From an uncultured Alphaproteobacteria bacterium (GTDB taxonomy: Bacteria; Pseudomonadota; Alphaproteobacteria; MPNO01; DASWLB01), in NCBI GenBank assembly GCA_963817535.1, contig CAWFOW010000011.1, forward strand, positions 243,473 to 307,472: DNA of 64,000 nucleotides, read 5' to 3'. A program made the translations under genes and the position numbers. Under the pieces are notes generated by a model. It saw only the letters and a program-made list of their open reading frames with translations, was not told where the DNA came from and made no database searches. The first letter of the stretch is position 1; each line of letters begins with the position of its first letter. This document shows, piece after piece, positions 53,668-62,540 of this stretch.

Positions 53668-56600
53668 GTGCGCATTGCGCGACGGTTTACCATCGCCGGC
53701 CGGTCTCCCTATGACGGGACCGAGTTCCGTGTCGCTGCGCGGGACGACGAGGTCGATGCACCGGGCATCGAGGTTCCAGTCGCCTGGTCGGCCGAGTCCT
53801 GCGAGGCGCTGGCCGAGCTGTGCTTCACGGTGCCTTGCGTGCCGCGCGCCACGGTCGCCGTCCCGGAGGCGGACGTTCCCGGGTGGCTATGGCGCCGCCG
53901 GCCCGAGCGGAGCGCCGCCGAACCGCTGGACCCCGAGCATGACGCGCGCCAGGTGTTCGACCGGATCGCCGGCGCCTGGACCTACCAGGGCTGGAAGGGC
54001 GGCGCCTTCGACAGCGAGGAAGATGCCGCCGCCTTCCACGATGAGATTTGCCATCTCCTCTGCCAGCGCATGATTTCGCCCGAACCGGCCGCGTGGCGCG
54101 CCACCGGCCTGCGGTGGGCCTACGGCGTGGGGGGCGCGCGCGGAGGCTGGATCGTGGATGACCGGTCGGGCGAGCTGCGCCGGGCCGAGGCGCGCGACCT
54201 GCCTCCGCACGGCGCGGCCATCGTCCGCACGCCGCGCGGCGGTGCGGCCGTGGACGGCGTCCTGGCGCCATGGCGCGAGGAATCGCTGGTGCTGGCCGAA
54301 GGGCTGGACACCGCGATCGACGTGTCCGCCCTCGCCGGCGAGGGAAAGTTGATTGCGGCCCTCGGTATCGGCGACGCCGTCGCTCGAGCGATCGGTGAGG
54401 GCGCGTCGCGCGCCCGCACGATCGTGCTCGATGCCGCCCATCCCGACGCGCCTCAGTTCGCCGCACGGCGCATGCGGGCGGCCGGGCGCGAGGCCATGAC
54501 CGCGACCGGGGCGCATATCGCGCGGCGCCATCTCGCCGCGCTCGCCGCCGCCTGCCATGGGCGCGGCCGCAAGGCATTCGATCCGGCGCGCAACCCGTCG
54601 CTGCGTCTTGCCCTGATCGCGGCGCGCGAGGCGGGCGTCCCCGAGGACTGGGTGGAGCGCGCCCTGCGCCTCGCCCACCAGGGGCGTGCCCTGCCCGAGC
54701 TGCCGGCCCTTGACGAGACAGTCGCCGAGGAGGAGTCGGGCATCGCGGCCGAGCGCCAGGTGCTACGCATCTCGGGCGAGGTCGAGGGGCCCGCGGTCGA
54801 TCATCTGGCGCTGGCCGCATGGATGGGGCCGGGCAGCGGAGCGCTGTTCGCCGATACCGCCGACGCATGGAACCCGTGCCCCGCCGACGGGCGCATCGCG
54901 GCCATGGCGGCGGATGGCGGCTACGTGTTCCTCGACGGCACGGCGTGCCCGCGTGCCGCCGTCAACCTGCTCGCCTTCCGCCATCCCGATGGCTCGTTCG
55001 ACGCGCCCGCACTGGCCGACGCCGTCCGGCTCCTGGTTGTCGCTCTCGATTCGAGTCTTGCGATCACCGCGCAGCCGACGCCGGGTCTTGCCGACGGGGT
55101 GTGGCGCACGCGGCCGATCGGAATCTCCATCGCCAACCTTGCGCCGCTTCTCCTGGCGCATGCCGAAGGCTACAACTCGGCCGGCGGGCGCGCGCTCGCG
55201 GCGGCGGTCGCCGCCCTGGTCGGCGGGGCCGCGAACTGTGCCTCGGCCGAGATGGCGGGCGAGCTGGGTGCTTTCCCCCGCTTCGCCGACAATCGCGAGG
55301 CGGTGCTGCGTGTCATCGCCAACCACGCCCGCGCGGCTGCCGGTGCGCGCGATGGATATGAAGCGCTGCCCTGTCCGCCGGTTGCGCTGGACGCCGCCGA
55401 CTGCCCGGACCCGGCCCTGGCCGAGGCGGCGCGTCTCGCCTGGCAGCGCGCGGCGACGCTCGCCGCGGCGCATGGCGTGCGCCACGCCCAGACCACGCTG
55501 GTCGCCCCGCTCGGCGCGTCCGAGCGCATCCTCGGCTGTGCCGCCTGCGGCATCGACCCGCTGCCCGCGACCATCACCTACGAGCGGCTGCCGGGCGCCG
55601 GGTTCCGCAAGGGCGTGAGCCGCGAGGCGCTGGCCGCGCTCGCGTCGCTCGGCTATGACGAGACGCAGGTCGCGGGCTTCGTCGCGCACGCCGTCGGACG
55701 GAACACGCTGGTCGGCGCGCCCGCCATCGACCACCGCGCGCTGCGCGAGCGCGGCTTCACCGAGGCGGCACTGCAGGCGCTCGAAGGCGCCCTCGCCAAT
55801 GCGCTCGATATCCGCTTCGTGTTCAACCGCTGGACTCTGGGCGCGGAGTTCTGCACCCGTGTGCTCGGCTTCTCGCTTGCCGAGCTCGACGATTACGGCT
55901 TCGACATGCTGGCCGGGCTCGGCTTCTCGGAGTCCGAGATCGCCGCGGCGAACGCATGGTGCTGCGGCGCGTCGTGCTTCGAAGGCGCGCCCGGGCTCGA
56001 CGCGGAGCATCTCGGCGTGTTCGATGGGCCGCGCCGCCAGGGCGGCGGCAAGCGCGCGCTCACGACCATGGCCCAGCTCCGCATGATGGCTGCGGTCCAG
56101 CCCTATGTTTCCGGTGGCGTCGGGCGGGCCCTCGCGCTGCCGGCGGAGGCGACCATCGAGGATTGCGCCGCCGCCGTCGGCGCCGCACGCCAGCTCGGCC
56201 TCAAAGGACTGATGGTGGCGCGCGAGGGCGCGGCGATCGCAGTGCCGGCGGATGTGCCGCAGTTGATCGTCCGCCGCCTGCACGAACCGTCGACGCCGCC
56301 AGACCGGCGGTTTGGCCCGCCCGGTCGCAGCGCCGCCGCGCCGCCGTCCCTGCGGGAACGCCTGACCGTGATCGAGGGTGGCGAGCATCCGAGCAGCGCG
56401 CCGCAGCCCACCGCCCAGGCCGGTGGGACGGCGATGGCGATCGCACGCGGCACGGCTGGATGGAACGCGCTTGCGCCGAACGTTCTCGGACGGTCGCAGG
56501 CGCTCGCCATCGCGCTCACCGCGCGCGACATGGCGGCGGCCGCGAACGAGGAACATCACGAGACATGCAGGACGGACCGTGCCGACGCGCGCTGTCAGGA

Positions 56601-56682
56601 CTGTGGGAGCTTCGCCCTGCTTCGCACCGAAGCGGGCGCGAAGTGCGGCATCTGTGGCGCCGTGCACAGATGCAGCGAGTGA
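53668..56682 (+). CDS. NrdJ-like (class II, adenosylcobalamin-type ribonucleotide reductase homolog), highly divergent and possibly catalytically degenerate
   Basis: N-terminal RFTIAGRSPYDGTEFR and DARQVFDRIAGAWTYQGWKGGAFDSEEDAAAFHDEI match NrdJ N-terminal blocks. The central ...WNPCPADGRIA...ACPRAAVNLLAFRHPDGSFDAPALADAVRLLVVALDSSLAI aligns to the NrdJ active-site region. The C-terminal CQDCGSFALLRTEAGAKCGICGAVHRC is an NrdJ-type Cys cluster. GTG start at 53668 with a G-rich RBS. Confidence 0.65.
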   Translation: MRIARRFTIAGRSPYDGTEFRVAARDDEVDAPGIEVPVAWSAESCEALAELCFTVPCVPRATVAVPEADVPGWLWRRRPERSAAEPLDPEHDARQVFDRIAGAWTYQGWKGGAFDSEEDAAAFHDEICHLLCQRMISPEPAAWRATGLRWAYGVGGARGGWIVDDRSGELRRAEARDLPPHGAAIVRTPRGGAAVDGVLAPWREESLVLAEGLDTAIDVSALAGEGKLIAALGIGDAVARAIGEGASRARTIVLDAAHPDAPQFAARRMRAAGREAMTATGAHIARRHLAALAAACHGRGRKAFDPARNPSLRLALIAAREAGVPEDWVERALRLAHQGRALPELPALDETVAEEESGIAAERQVLRISGEVEGPAVDHLALAAWMGPGSGALFADTADAWNPCPADGRIAAMAADGGYVFLDGTACPRAAVNLLAFRHPDGSFDAPALADAVRLLVVALDSSLAITAQPTPGLADGVWRTRPIGISIANLAPLLLAHAEGYNSAGGRALAAAVAALVGGAANCASAEMAGELGAFPRFADNREAVLRVIANHARAAAGARDGYEALPCPPVALDAADCPDPALAEAARLAWQRAATLAAAHGVRHAQTTLVAPLGASERILGCAACGIDPLPATITYERLPGAGFRKGVSREALAALASLGYDETQVAGFVAHAVGRNTLVGAPAIDHRALRERGFTEAALQALEGALANALDIRFVFNRWTLGAEFCTRVLGFSLAELDDYGFDMLAGLGFSESEIAAANAWCCGASCFEGAPGLDAEHLGVFDGPRRQGGGKRALTTMAQLRMMAAVQPYVSGGVGRALALPAEATIEDCAAAVGAARQLGLKGLMVAREGAAIAVPADVPQLIVRRLHEPSTPPDRRFGPPGRSAAAPPSLRERLTVIEGGEHPSSAPQPTAQAGGTAMAIARGTAGWNALAPNVLGRSQALAIALTARDMAAAANEEHHETCRTDRADARCQDCGSFALLRTEAGAKCGICGAVHRCSE

Positions 56683-56806
56683 GTGTCACGGCAGTCTGAC
56701 GTTGCGTCTCCCTGAACTTCGGGGGGTGCGAATGGGCCGCACCCCCCGTTTTTATTGCGGGAGCTCGCCTACGATGTCGTGACAATTCGGCGCCGGTGCG
56801 CCGTCG

Positions 56807-57974
56807 CTACGCCACCTTCTCGGCGATGGGGCTCAGCTCCTTGAGGCGCGGCAGGACTTCCTTGGCGAACAGCGTCAGGCTCTTCTGCACCTCGGGCGTG
56901 TCCATCGAACCGGCCTGCATCATCAGCATCATGTGACCGATGCCGCCGACATGGTCGTGGAACTTCTTGATCTGCTTGTAGACCGTGTCGGGGCTGCCGC
57001 AGAACATGTTGCCCTTCTCGATATGCGTGTCGAGCGCGGTGCCTGACGCGCTCGAACTCGAGACCGACGGGCGACAGGCCCTGGCTCCGCATCTGCACCA
57101 GCCGCTCGGCCGAGACGTAGCCCGGCACGCGCGCGAACTGCGGGTACACCTTGTTCATGTTGATGTACCACAGCACCTTCTCGGCGAGCCGGCGGCCCTC
57201 CTCGTCGGTCTCGCCCGTGGCCGCCATGGCCAGATAGCCCCAGCGGTCGGTCGGCGCTTCGCTTCCGTGCGCGGCCTTCCAGTACTGGCGATAGCCGTCG
57301 AACACCGCCTTCGCGCCGTTGAACCCGGTGAGGAACGAGGCCGCCACGTATTTCTTTTCGGCCAGGACCTTGCACGAGGCAGGCGAAGACACCGTCACCC
57401 AGATCGGCGGGTGCGGCTGCTGGTAGGGGCGCGGCCAGATGTTGATCTGGCGGTGGTGAAAGTAGCGGCCTTCCCAGTTGAACGGGCCGTCATGGGTGGT
57501 CCACGCCTTCACGATCAGGTCGTGGGCCTCCCACATCCGGTCGGCCATGCGCATCGGGTTGGAGTTCTGCGCCGACAGCTCGAACGGCACGCCGCGAATG
57601 AAGCCGCACTCGAGCCGTCCGCGCGAGATGACGTCGACCATCGCCATCTCCTCGGCGATGCGCGTCGGCTGGCGGCGGTTAGCGAGCGGATTGCCGAGCA
57701 CCAGGATGCGGGCGTCCTTGGTGACGCGCGCCAGGATGGCGGCGATCAGCGGCACGGCAGGCACCGTGCAGGTCGCCGTCTGATGGTGCTCGTTCAGCAT
57801 GATGTGCAGCCCGAGCTCGTCGGCGATCTGCCACTCGTCGATGCGGTGGTTGTAGATGTCGGAACCCTTGAGCGGGTCGTAGTTGGAGTTCGGGAACACC
57901 ACCCGGACGTTGTCGAGCGTCTCTGCCGGCGGCAGATGCGGGTAGGCGGTCTCGCTGAAATGATAAACTCTCAC
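56807..57974 (-). pseudogene. LLM-class (luciferase-like) flavin-dependent oxidoreductase with apparent frameshift
   Basis: N-terminal 340 aa (MRVYHFSETAYPHL...SQGLSPVGLEFERV) is in one frame. The conserved C-terminus ...GTALDTHIEKGNMFCGSPDTVYKQIKKFHDHVGGIGHMMLMMQAG... is in the +1 frame (track ORF 56807..57007). Junction ~57030..57050. Confidence 0.55.
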
Positions 57975-58002
57975 GGCGTGTTCCTTTTCCGGTTGCCGCG
58001 CG

Positions 58003-58779
58003 TCAGCGGGCGAATTCGGTGACCAGTTTCACGAACGCGTCGGGCTGCTCCACGTTGGGCGCGTGGCCGGCGCCCTCGACCTTGGCGAACTTCGCGCCCG
58101 GGATCTCGTTCGCGAGCTTCTGTCCGTAATCGGGCTTCACCAGCCCGTCGGAAGCGCCCCACACCACAAGCGTCGGCACGTCGATACGGTGCAGCCGGCC
58201 CTTGAGCTTCGGGTTGTGCAGATACGGCTCCCAGCCGTACAGCGCCATCGCCTCGCGGTTGCGGCCGGCGGCCAGTGCCTCTGCGTCCGTCAGCTTCGTC
58301 GGATCGGGCGCCTTCGACGGATCATGGAACATGAGCTTGCCCAGTGCCTCGACCGGCGTCGCAAAAATGTCGGCGATGTCGCGCTCGGTGCGACCGCCGA
58401 ACTTCACGCCCACCGAGTCGACGAGGATCAGCCGCTTCAGGCGCGAGGTGTTCTTGACCGCGATCTCCATGGAGAGCCAGCCGCCGAGCGAGAACCCCAT
58501 CAGGGTCACGTCCTTGAGGTCGAGCTGGTCCATCAGGTCGAGATAGAGATAGGCGAGATCGTCGACGGAATCGTATGCGTCGGGGAGTGGCGACGTGCTG
58601 AAGCCCGGATGCGCCGGTACCAGCAGGTCGAAGCTTTCGGCCAGCTTCTTCGCGAACGGGGCGTTCGGCTGCGGACCGCCGCCGCCGTGCAGCATGAGCA
58701 GCGTCGGCCCGGTGCCGCGCCGCGTCAGCTCGATCTCGACACCGTGGACCTTCAGCCGGTCGTCCACCACCTGGTCCAT
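58003..58779 (-). CDS. alpha/beta hydrolase
   Basis: GFSLGG nucleophile elbow, HGGGG region. The ATG at 58779 has a GGGAGGAA RBS; the track start 58941 is over-extended. Confidence 0.8.
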   Translation of the reverse strand: MDQVVDDRLKVHGVEIELTRRGTGPTLLMLHGGGGPQPNAPFAKKLAESFDLLVPAHPGFSTSPLPDAYDSVDDLAYLYLDLMDQLDLKDVTLMGFSLGGWLSMEIAVKNTSRLKRLILVDSVGVKFGGRTERDIADIFATPVEALGKLMFHDPSKAPDPTKLTDAEALAAGRNREAMALYGWEPYLHNPKLKGRLHRIDVPTLVVWGASDGLVKPDYGQKLANEIPGAKFAKVEGAGHAPNVEQPDAFVKLVTEFAR

Positions 58780-58934
58780 GCGACCGTTCCTCCCATGCTG
58801 TTCGGCCCGAAACCTAGCAGGGTTGAAGCGCGCCCTGCAATCGGCAGATGGAGAACCGCGCCACGCCGGATGGCGCTGGCGCCACGGTTTCGAATGTCTA
58901 CAATTCGCATCCGAATCCAGCGGGAGGTGCGGCG

Positions 58935-59312
58935 ATGGCAATGGTCCCCTTGGCAGCGAAGGGCAACTTCCTGCACGTCTACGATTTCCGGGTGAGGCCC
59001 GGCACGGGCGAGGAGTTCATCCGGCTGTTCGACGCGTTCGACTATTCCGACGCGAACCCGATGCACAAATCGCCGGCGCAGGTGAAGGACGGCGTGCTGT
59101 GCCGCGACACAGAGGACGCCGATCATTTCTATCTGATCGGCGAATGGTCCGACATCGTGGTCCATGCCGACATCCGCAAGCAACTCATGGCGCTGGCGCC
59201 CGATTTCGTCGGCCTGATCGAGGGCGGACGGTTCGTGCCGAAATACGCCGAGGTCGTGTCGTCCACGCCGCAATCGGTGCTGGACAATGCGGCGGCGGGC
59301 AAATCGGCCTGA
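58935..59312 (+). CDS. ABM-domain (antibiotic biosynthesis monooxygenase-like) protein
   Basis: MAMVPLAAKGNFLHVYDFRVRPGTGEEFIRLF...DHFYLIGEWSDIVVHADIRKQ. GGGAGG RBS 7 nt upstream of the ATG at 58935. Confidence 0.5.
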   Translation: MAMVPLAAKGNFLHVYDFRVRPGTGEEFIRLFDAFDYSDANPMHKSPAQVKDGVLCRDTEDADHFYLIGEWSDIVVHADIRKQLMALAPDFVGLIEGGRFVPKYAEVVSSTPQSVLDNAAAGKSA

Positions 59313-59424
59313 AGCGTGATCGTCTCAAGCCGCTTCAGCTTGAGACGTGAATCGCGCTTCGAACTTGCTCTAGCCACGCGGGCCGGGAACGCTACAATCC
59401 GCCTCCGTTCACACCGGAGGCGTC

Positions 59425-60423
59425 ATGATCGTCGATATCTACACCCACATCTTTCCCGAGAAGTTCTTTGCGGCCTGGCAGAATTTCGGCCCGCAGCTCG
59501 GCAACATCGCCAAGCGCATGGCCCAGGTGAAGGCCGTGTCCGACCTCGACGTCCGCTTCCGGCTGATGGACGCGGGCGGGCCGGACTATCGCCACATCGT
59601 CTCGCTGCCGAACCCGCCGCTGGAGGACATCTCGACGCCGGAGCAGGGGGCCGAGCTCGCCCGCCTCGCCAACGACACGATGGCCGAGGTGGTGGAGAAG
59701 CATCGCGACCGCTTCCCGGCCTTCGTCGCGGCGATCCCGATGCACAATCTCGACGCGGCGATGGACGAGATCGATCGTGCGATCAACAAGCTCGGCGCGT
59801 GCGGCGTCCAGATCTTCACCAACGTGAAGGGCAAGCCGCTCGACCTTCCCGAGTTCCAGCCGATCTTCGCGAAGATGGCCGAGCTCGACCTGCCGCTCTG
59901 GCTGCACCCGGCGCGCACGGCGTCGATGACCGACTACGCGACCGAGAAGGTATCGCGCTACGAGATCTGGTGGGCGTTCGGCTGGACCTACGAGACGCAG
60001 GCGGCGTGCACGCGCCTCGTGCTGTCGGGCCTGTTCGACCGCCACCCCGACATCAAGATCGTCACCCACCACGGCGGCGGCGGCATCCCGTTCTTCGAGG
60101 GACGGATCGAGGTGGGGCTTGCGACGCTCGGCCAGCGCACCTCGGACGAGGACTATTCCAAGGTGCTGTCGTCACTGAAGCGGCCGCACCACGAGTATTT
60201 CAAGATGTTCTATGCCGACACCGCGCTGATGGGCGGCCATCTCGGCGTGCGGGCATCGCTCGACTATTTCGGCACCGACAGGGTCGTGTTCGCCACCGAC
60301 TCGCCCTTCGCGCCGATCCCGGAGACCTTCGATGCGATCAAACGGCTCGAGCTCGAGCGTGACACGCTCGCCAAGATGAACCTCGCCAACGCCGAGAAGC
60401 TGATCAAGCGCAAGCTGAGCTGA
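59425..60423 (+). CDS. amidohydrolase-2 family protein (ACMSD/LigW-like non-oxidative decarboxylase/hydrolase)
   Basis: 332 aa, MIVDIYTHIFPEKF..., metal-binding His/Asp pattern of the amidohydrolase_2 family. Confidence 0.75.
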   Translation: MIVDIYTHIFPEKFFAAWQNFGPQLGNIAKRMAQVKAVSDLDVRFRLMDAGGPDYRHIVSLPNPPLEDISTPEQGAELARLANDTMAEVVEKHRDRFPAFVAAIPMHNLDAAMDEIDRAINKLGACGVQIFTNVKGKPLDLPEFQPIFAKMAELDLPLWLHPARTASMTDYATEKVSRYEIWWAFGWTYETQAACTRLVLSGLFDRHPDIKIVTHHGGGGIPFFEGRIEVGLATLGQRTSDEDYSKVLSSLKRPHHEYFKMFYADTALMGGHLGVRASLDYFGTDRVVFATDSPFAPIPETFDAIKRLELERDTLAKMNLANAEKLIKRKLS

Positions 60424-60573
60424 CCCCGGACACCTGATCCGTCGTTTTCCGCGCGTGGCGGCGCATGGTAGGGTCCGGCCGCCACGCGCCCTGGTCATCG
60501 GCGGGCGCCGCGCCTATATAAGTTAAAGGAATTCTAAACTCGGTCCCATGGGCCGGGGATTGGAGGAGAATCC

Positions 60574-61533
60574 ATGGTCATAAACGGCAGGGAAATCGTC
60601 GGTCTGGAGGAGGTCGTCTACGGCGTCGAGGACATGGCGCTGGCGCGGCGCTTCTTCGAGGACTGGGGGCTGAAGAAGGTTTCGGCGGCCAAGTCGAAGC
60701 TGGTCTACGAGGCGGTGGACGGCACGCGCGTGATCGCGCGGCCCGCCGACGCGAAGGACCTGCCAAAAGCGATTCAGCCGGGCTCGACAGTGCGTAAGAT
60801 CACCTGGGGCCTGCACAAGAAGGCCGATCTCAAGACGTTCGCGTCCGAGCTCGCCAAGGACCGCGACGTCGAGATCGCGAAGGACGGGACAGTCTCCTCG
60901 ACCGACCCGATGGGGCTGGCCATCGCCTTCACCGCCACCAGGCGGCGCAAGCTCGGCAAGACCGCGATCCGCGACGAGGTGAACACGCCGACCAGGATCG
61001 AGCGCGTCGACCGCGCGGCGAAGTTCTATCCGCGCGCCCAGCCGCTTTCGCTCGGCCATGCGGTCTATTACGTCCCCGACCTGAAGGCGATGGAGAAGTT
61101 CTATGTCGGCCGGCTGAAGTTCGGCGTGTCCGACTACTACTATCTGGGCGGCAAGCTGCGCGGCATCTTCATGCGCTGCTCGACGCCGGGCGATCACCAC
61201 AACTGGTTCCTGCTGAACTCGCCGGACGGAACCCCGAAGCTCAACCACATCGCGTTCAAGGTACGCGACGTGCACGAGGTCTTTGGGGGCGGGCTGCACA
61301 TTTCGCGCAAGGGCTGGCCGACCGAGATCGGGCCGGGCCGCCACCCCATCTCGTCGGCCTATTTCTGGTACTTCAAGAATCCGATCGGCGGCGCCATCGA
61401 GTACTACGCCGACGACGACCACCTCACCAAGAACTGGAAGCCGCGCAAGTTCGACAGCGTGCCCGAGAATTTCGCCGAGTGGGCGCTGCCCACCGGCCTC
61501 ATGACCCACACGGTCGACATCAAGGAGCGGTAG
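60574..61533 (+). CDS. VOC-family two-domain protein (extradiol ring-cleavage dioxygenase-like)
   Basis: 319 aa with two glyoxalase/VOC-like modules (…HIAFKVRDVHEV…). Confidence 0.6.
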   Translation: MVINGREIVGLEEVVYGVEDMALARRFFEDWGLKKVSAAKSKLVYEAVDGTRVIARPADAKDLPKAIQPGSTVRKITWGLHKKADLKTFASELAKDRDVEIAKDGTVSSTDPMGLAIAFTATRRRKLGKTAIRDEVNTPTRIERVDRAAKFYPRAQPLSLGHAVYYVPDLKAMEKFYVGRLKFGVSDYYYLGGKLRGIFMRCSTPGDHHNWFLLNSPDGTPKLNHIAFKVRDVHEVFGGGLHISRKGWPTEIGPGRHPISSAYFWYFKNPIGGAIEYYADDDHLTKNWKPRKFDSVPENFAEWALPTGLMTHTVDIKER

Positions 61534-61621
61534 CCGCGCCGTGCCGGCGATTGCCCGCCGGAGCGCCGTAACCTAGACTTCCGCGCCGCGGGCCCCGTGC
61601 TCGCCCGCGCGGGAGGAAACC

Positions 61622-62404
61622 ATGGCGCTCACGCTCTATCACAACGACATGTCGGTCTGCGCCCAGAAGGTGCGCTTCACGCTCGCCGAGAAGGGGCTCG
61701 CGTACGAACAGAAGCACCTTAACCTGCGCGCGGGCGACCAGAAGCAGCCGGACTATCTCAAGCTCAACCCGAACGGCTACGTGCCCACTTTGGTGCACGA
61801 CGACTTCGTGGTGTGCGAATCCACCGTCATCTGCGAGTACCTCGACGACGCGTTCCCGACGCCGCCGCTGAAGCCCGCCGACGCGCGCGGCAAGGCGCGC
61901 ATGCGCGGCTTCACCAAGTTCATCGATGCGGCGATCTTCCCGGCCACCGGTGTCGTCTCCATGTCGATCGCGTTCCATCACCAGTACCCGCCCGAGGTGC
62001 ACGCGACGATGGAAGCCGCGCGGCCGGGCTGGATGGCGAACTTCCGCAATCTTCAGAAGGGCACCGAGAACCCGGCCTTCCCCAACGCCATCCGTCGGCT
62101 CGACAAGATGTTGGCCGACATGGAGAAGGCGCTCGCCGATCACGGCAAGCCGTGGCTCACGGGCGACGACTACACGCTCGCCGACGTCGGGAACGCGCCC
62201 TACGTCACGCGGCTCGACCACCTCAAGTTCCTGTCGCGCATGCTGGTCAAACGCCCGAGGACTGCCGACTGGTACGAGCGCATCAAGGCGCGGCCAGCCT
62301 ACCAGGACGCGCTCGCCAAGTGGTTCAACGCCAAATACCTGCCACTGATGGACGAGAAGGGCAACGAGGCTTGGCCCCGCGTGAAGGAACTGCTCGCCGC
62401 GTAA
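61622..62404 (+). CDS. glutathione S-transferase family protein
   Basis: MALTLYHNDMSVCAQKVRFTLAEKGLAYEQKHLNL... GST N- and C-terminal domains. Confidence 0.85.
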   Translation: MALTLYHNDMSVCAQKVRFTLAEKGLAYEQKHLNLRAGDQKQPDYLKLNPNGYVPTLVHDDFVVCESTVICEYLDDAFPTPPLKPADARGKARMRGFTKFIDAAIFPATGVVSMSIAFHHQYPPEVHATMEAARPGWMANFRNLQKGTENPAFPNAIRRLDKMLADMEKALADHGKPWLTGDDYTLADVGNAPYVTRLDHLKFLSRMLVKRPRTADWYERIKARPAYQDALAKWFNAKYLPLMDEKGNEAWPRVKELLAA

Positions 62405-62540
62405 AGGCCAGCCCGACATCGGGGCTGCTGTCTTTTGGATCGATGAGGGGTGGCGCAAGGCTTCTTTAAAATACGCCTTGATCGCGTAGTTTGGAGTTTG
62501 TCATAAGTCTCAGACAATAAACTCGTGTCGGGGGCTGTGC

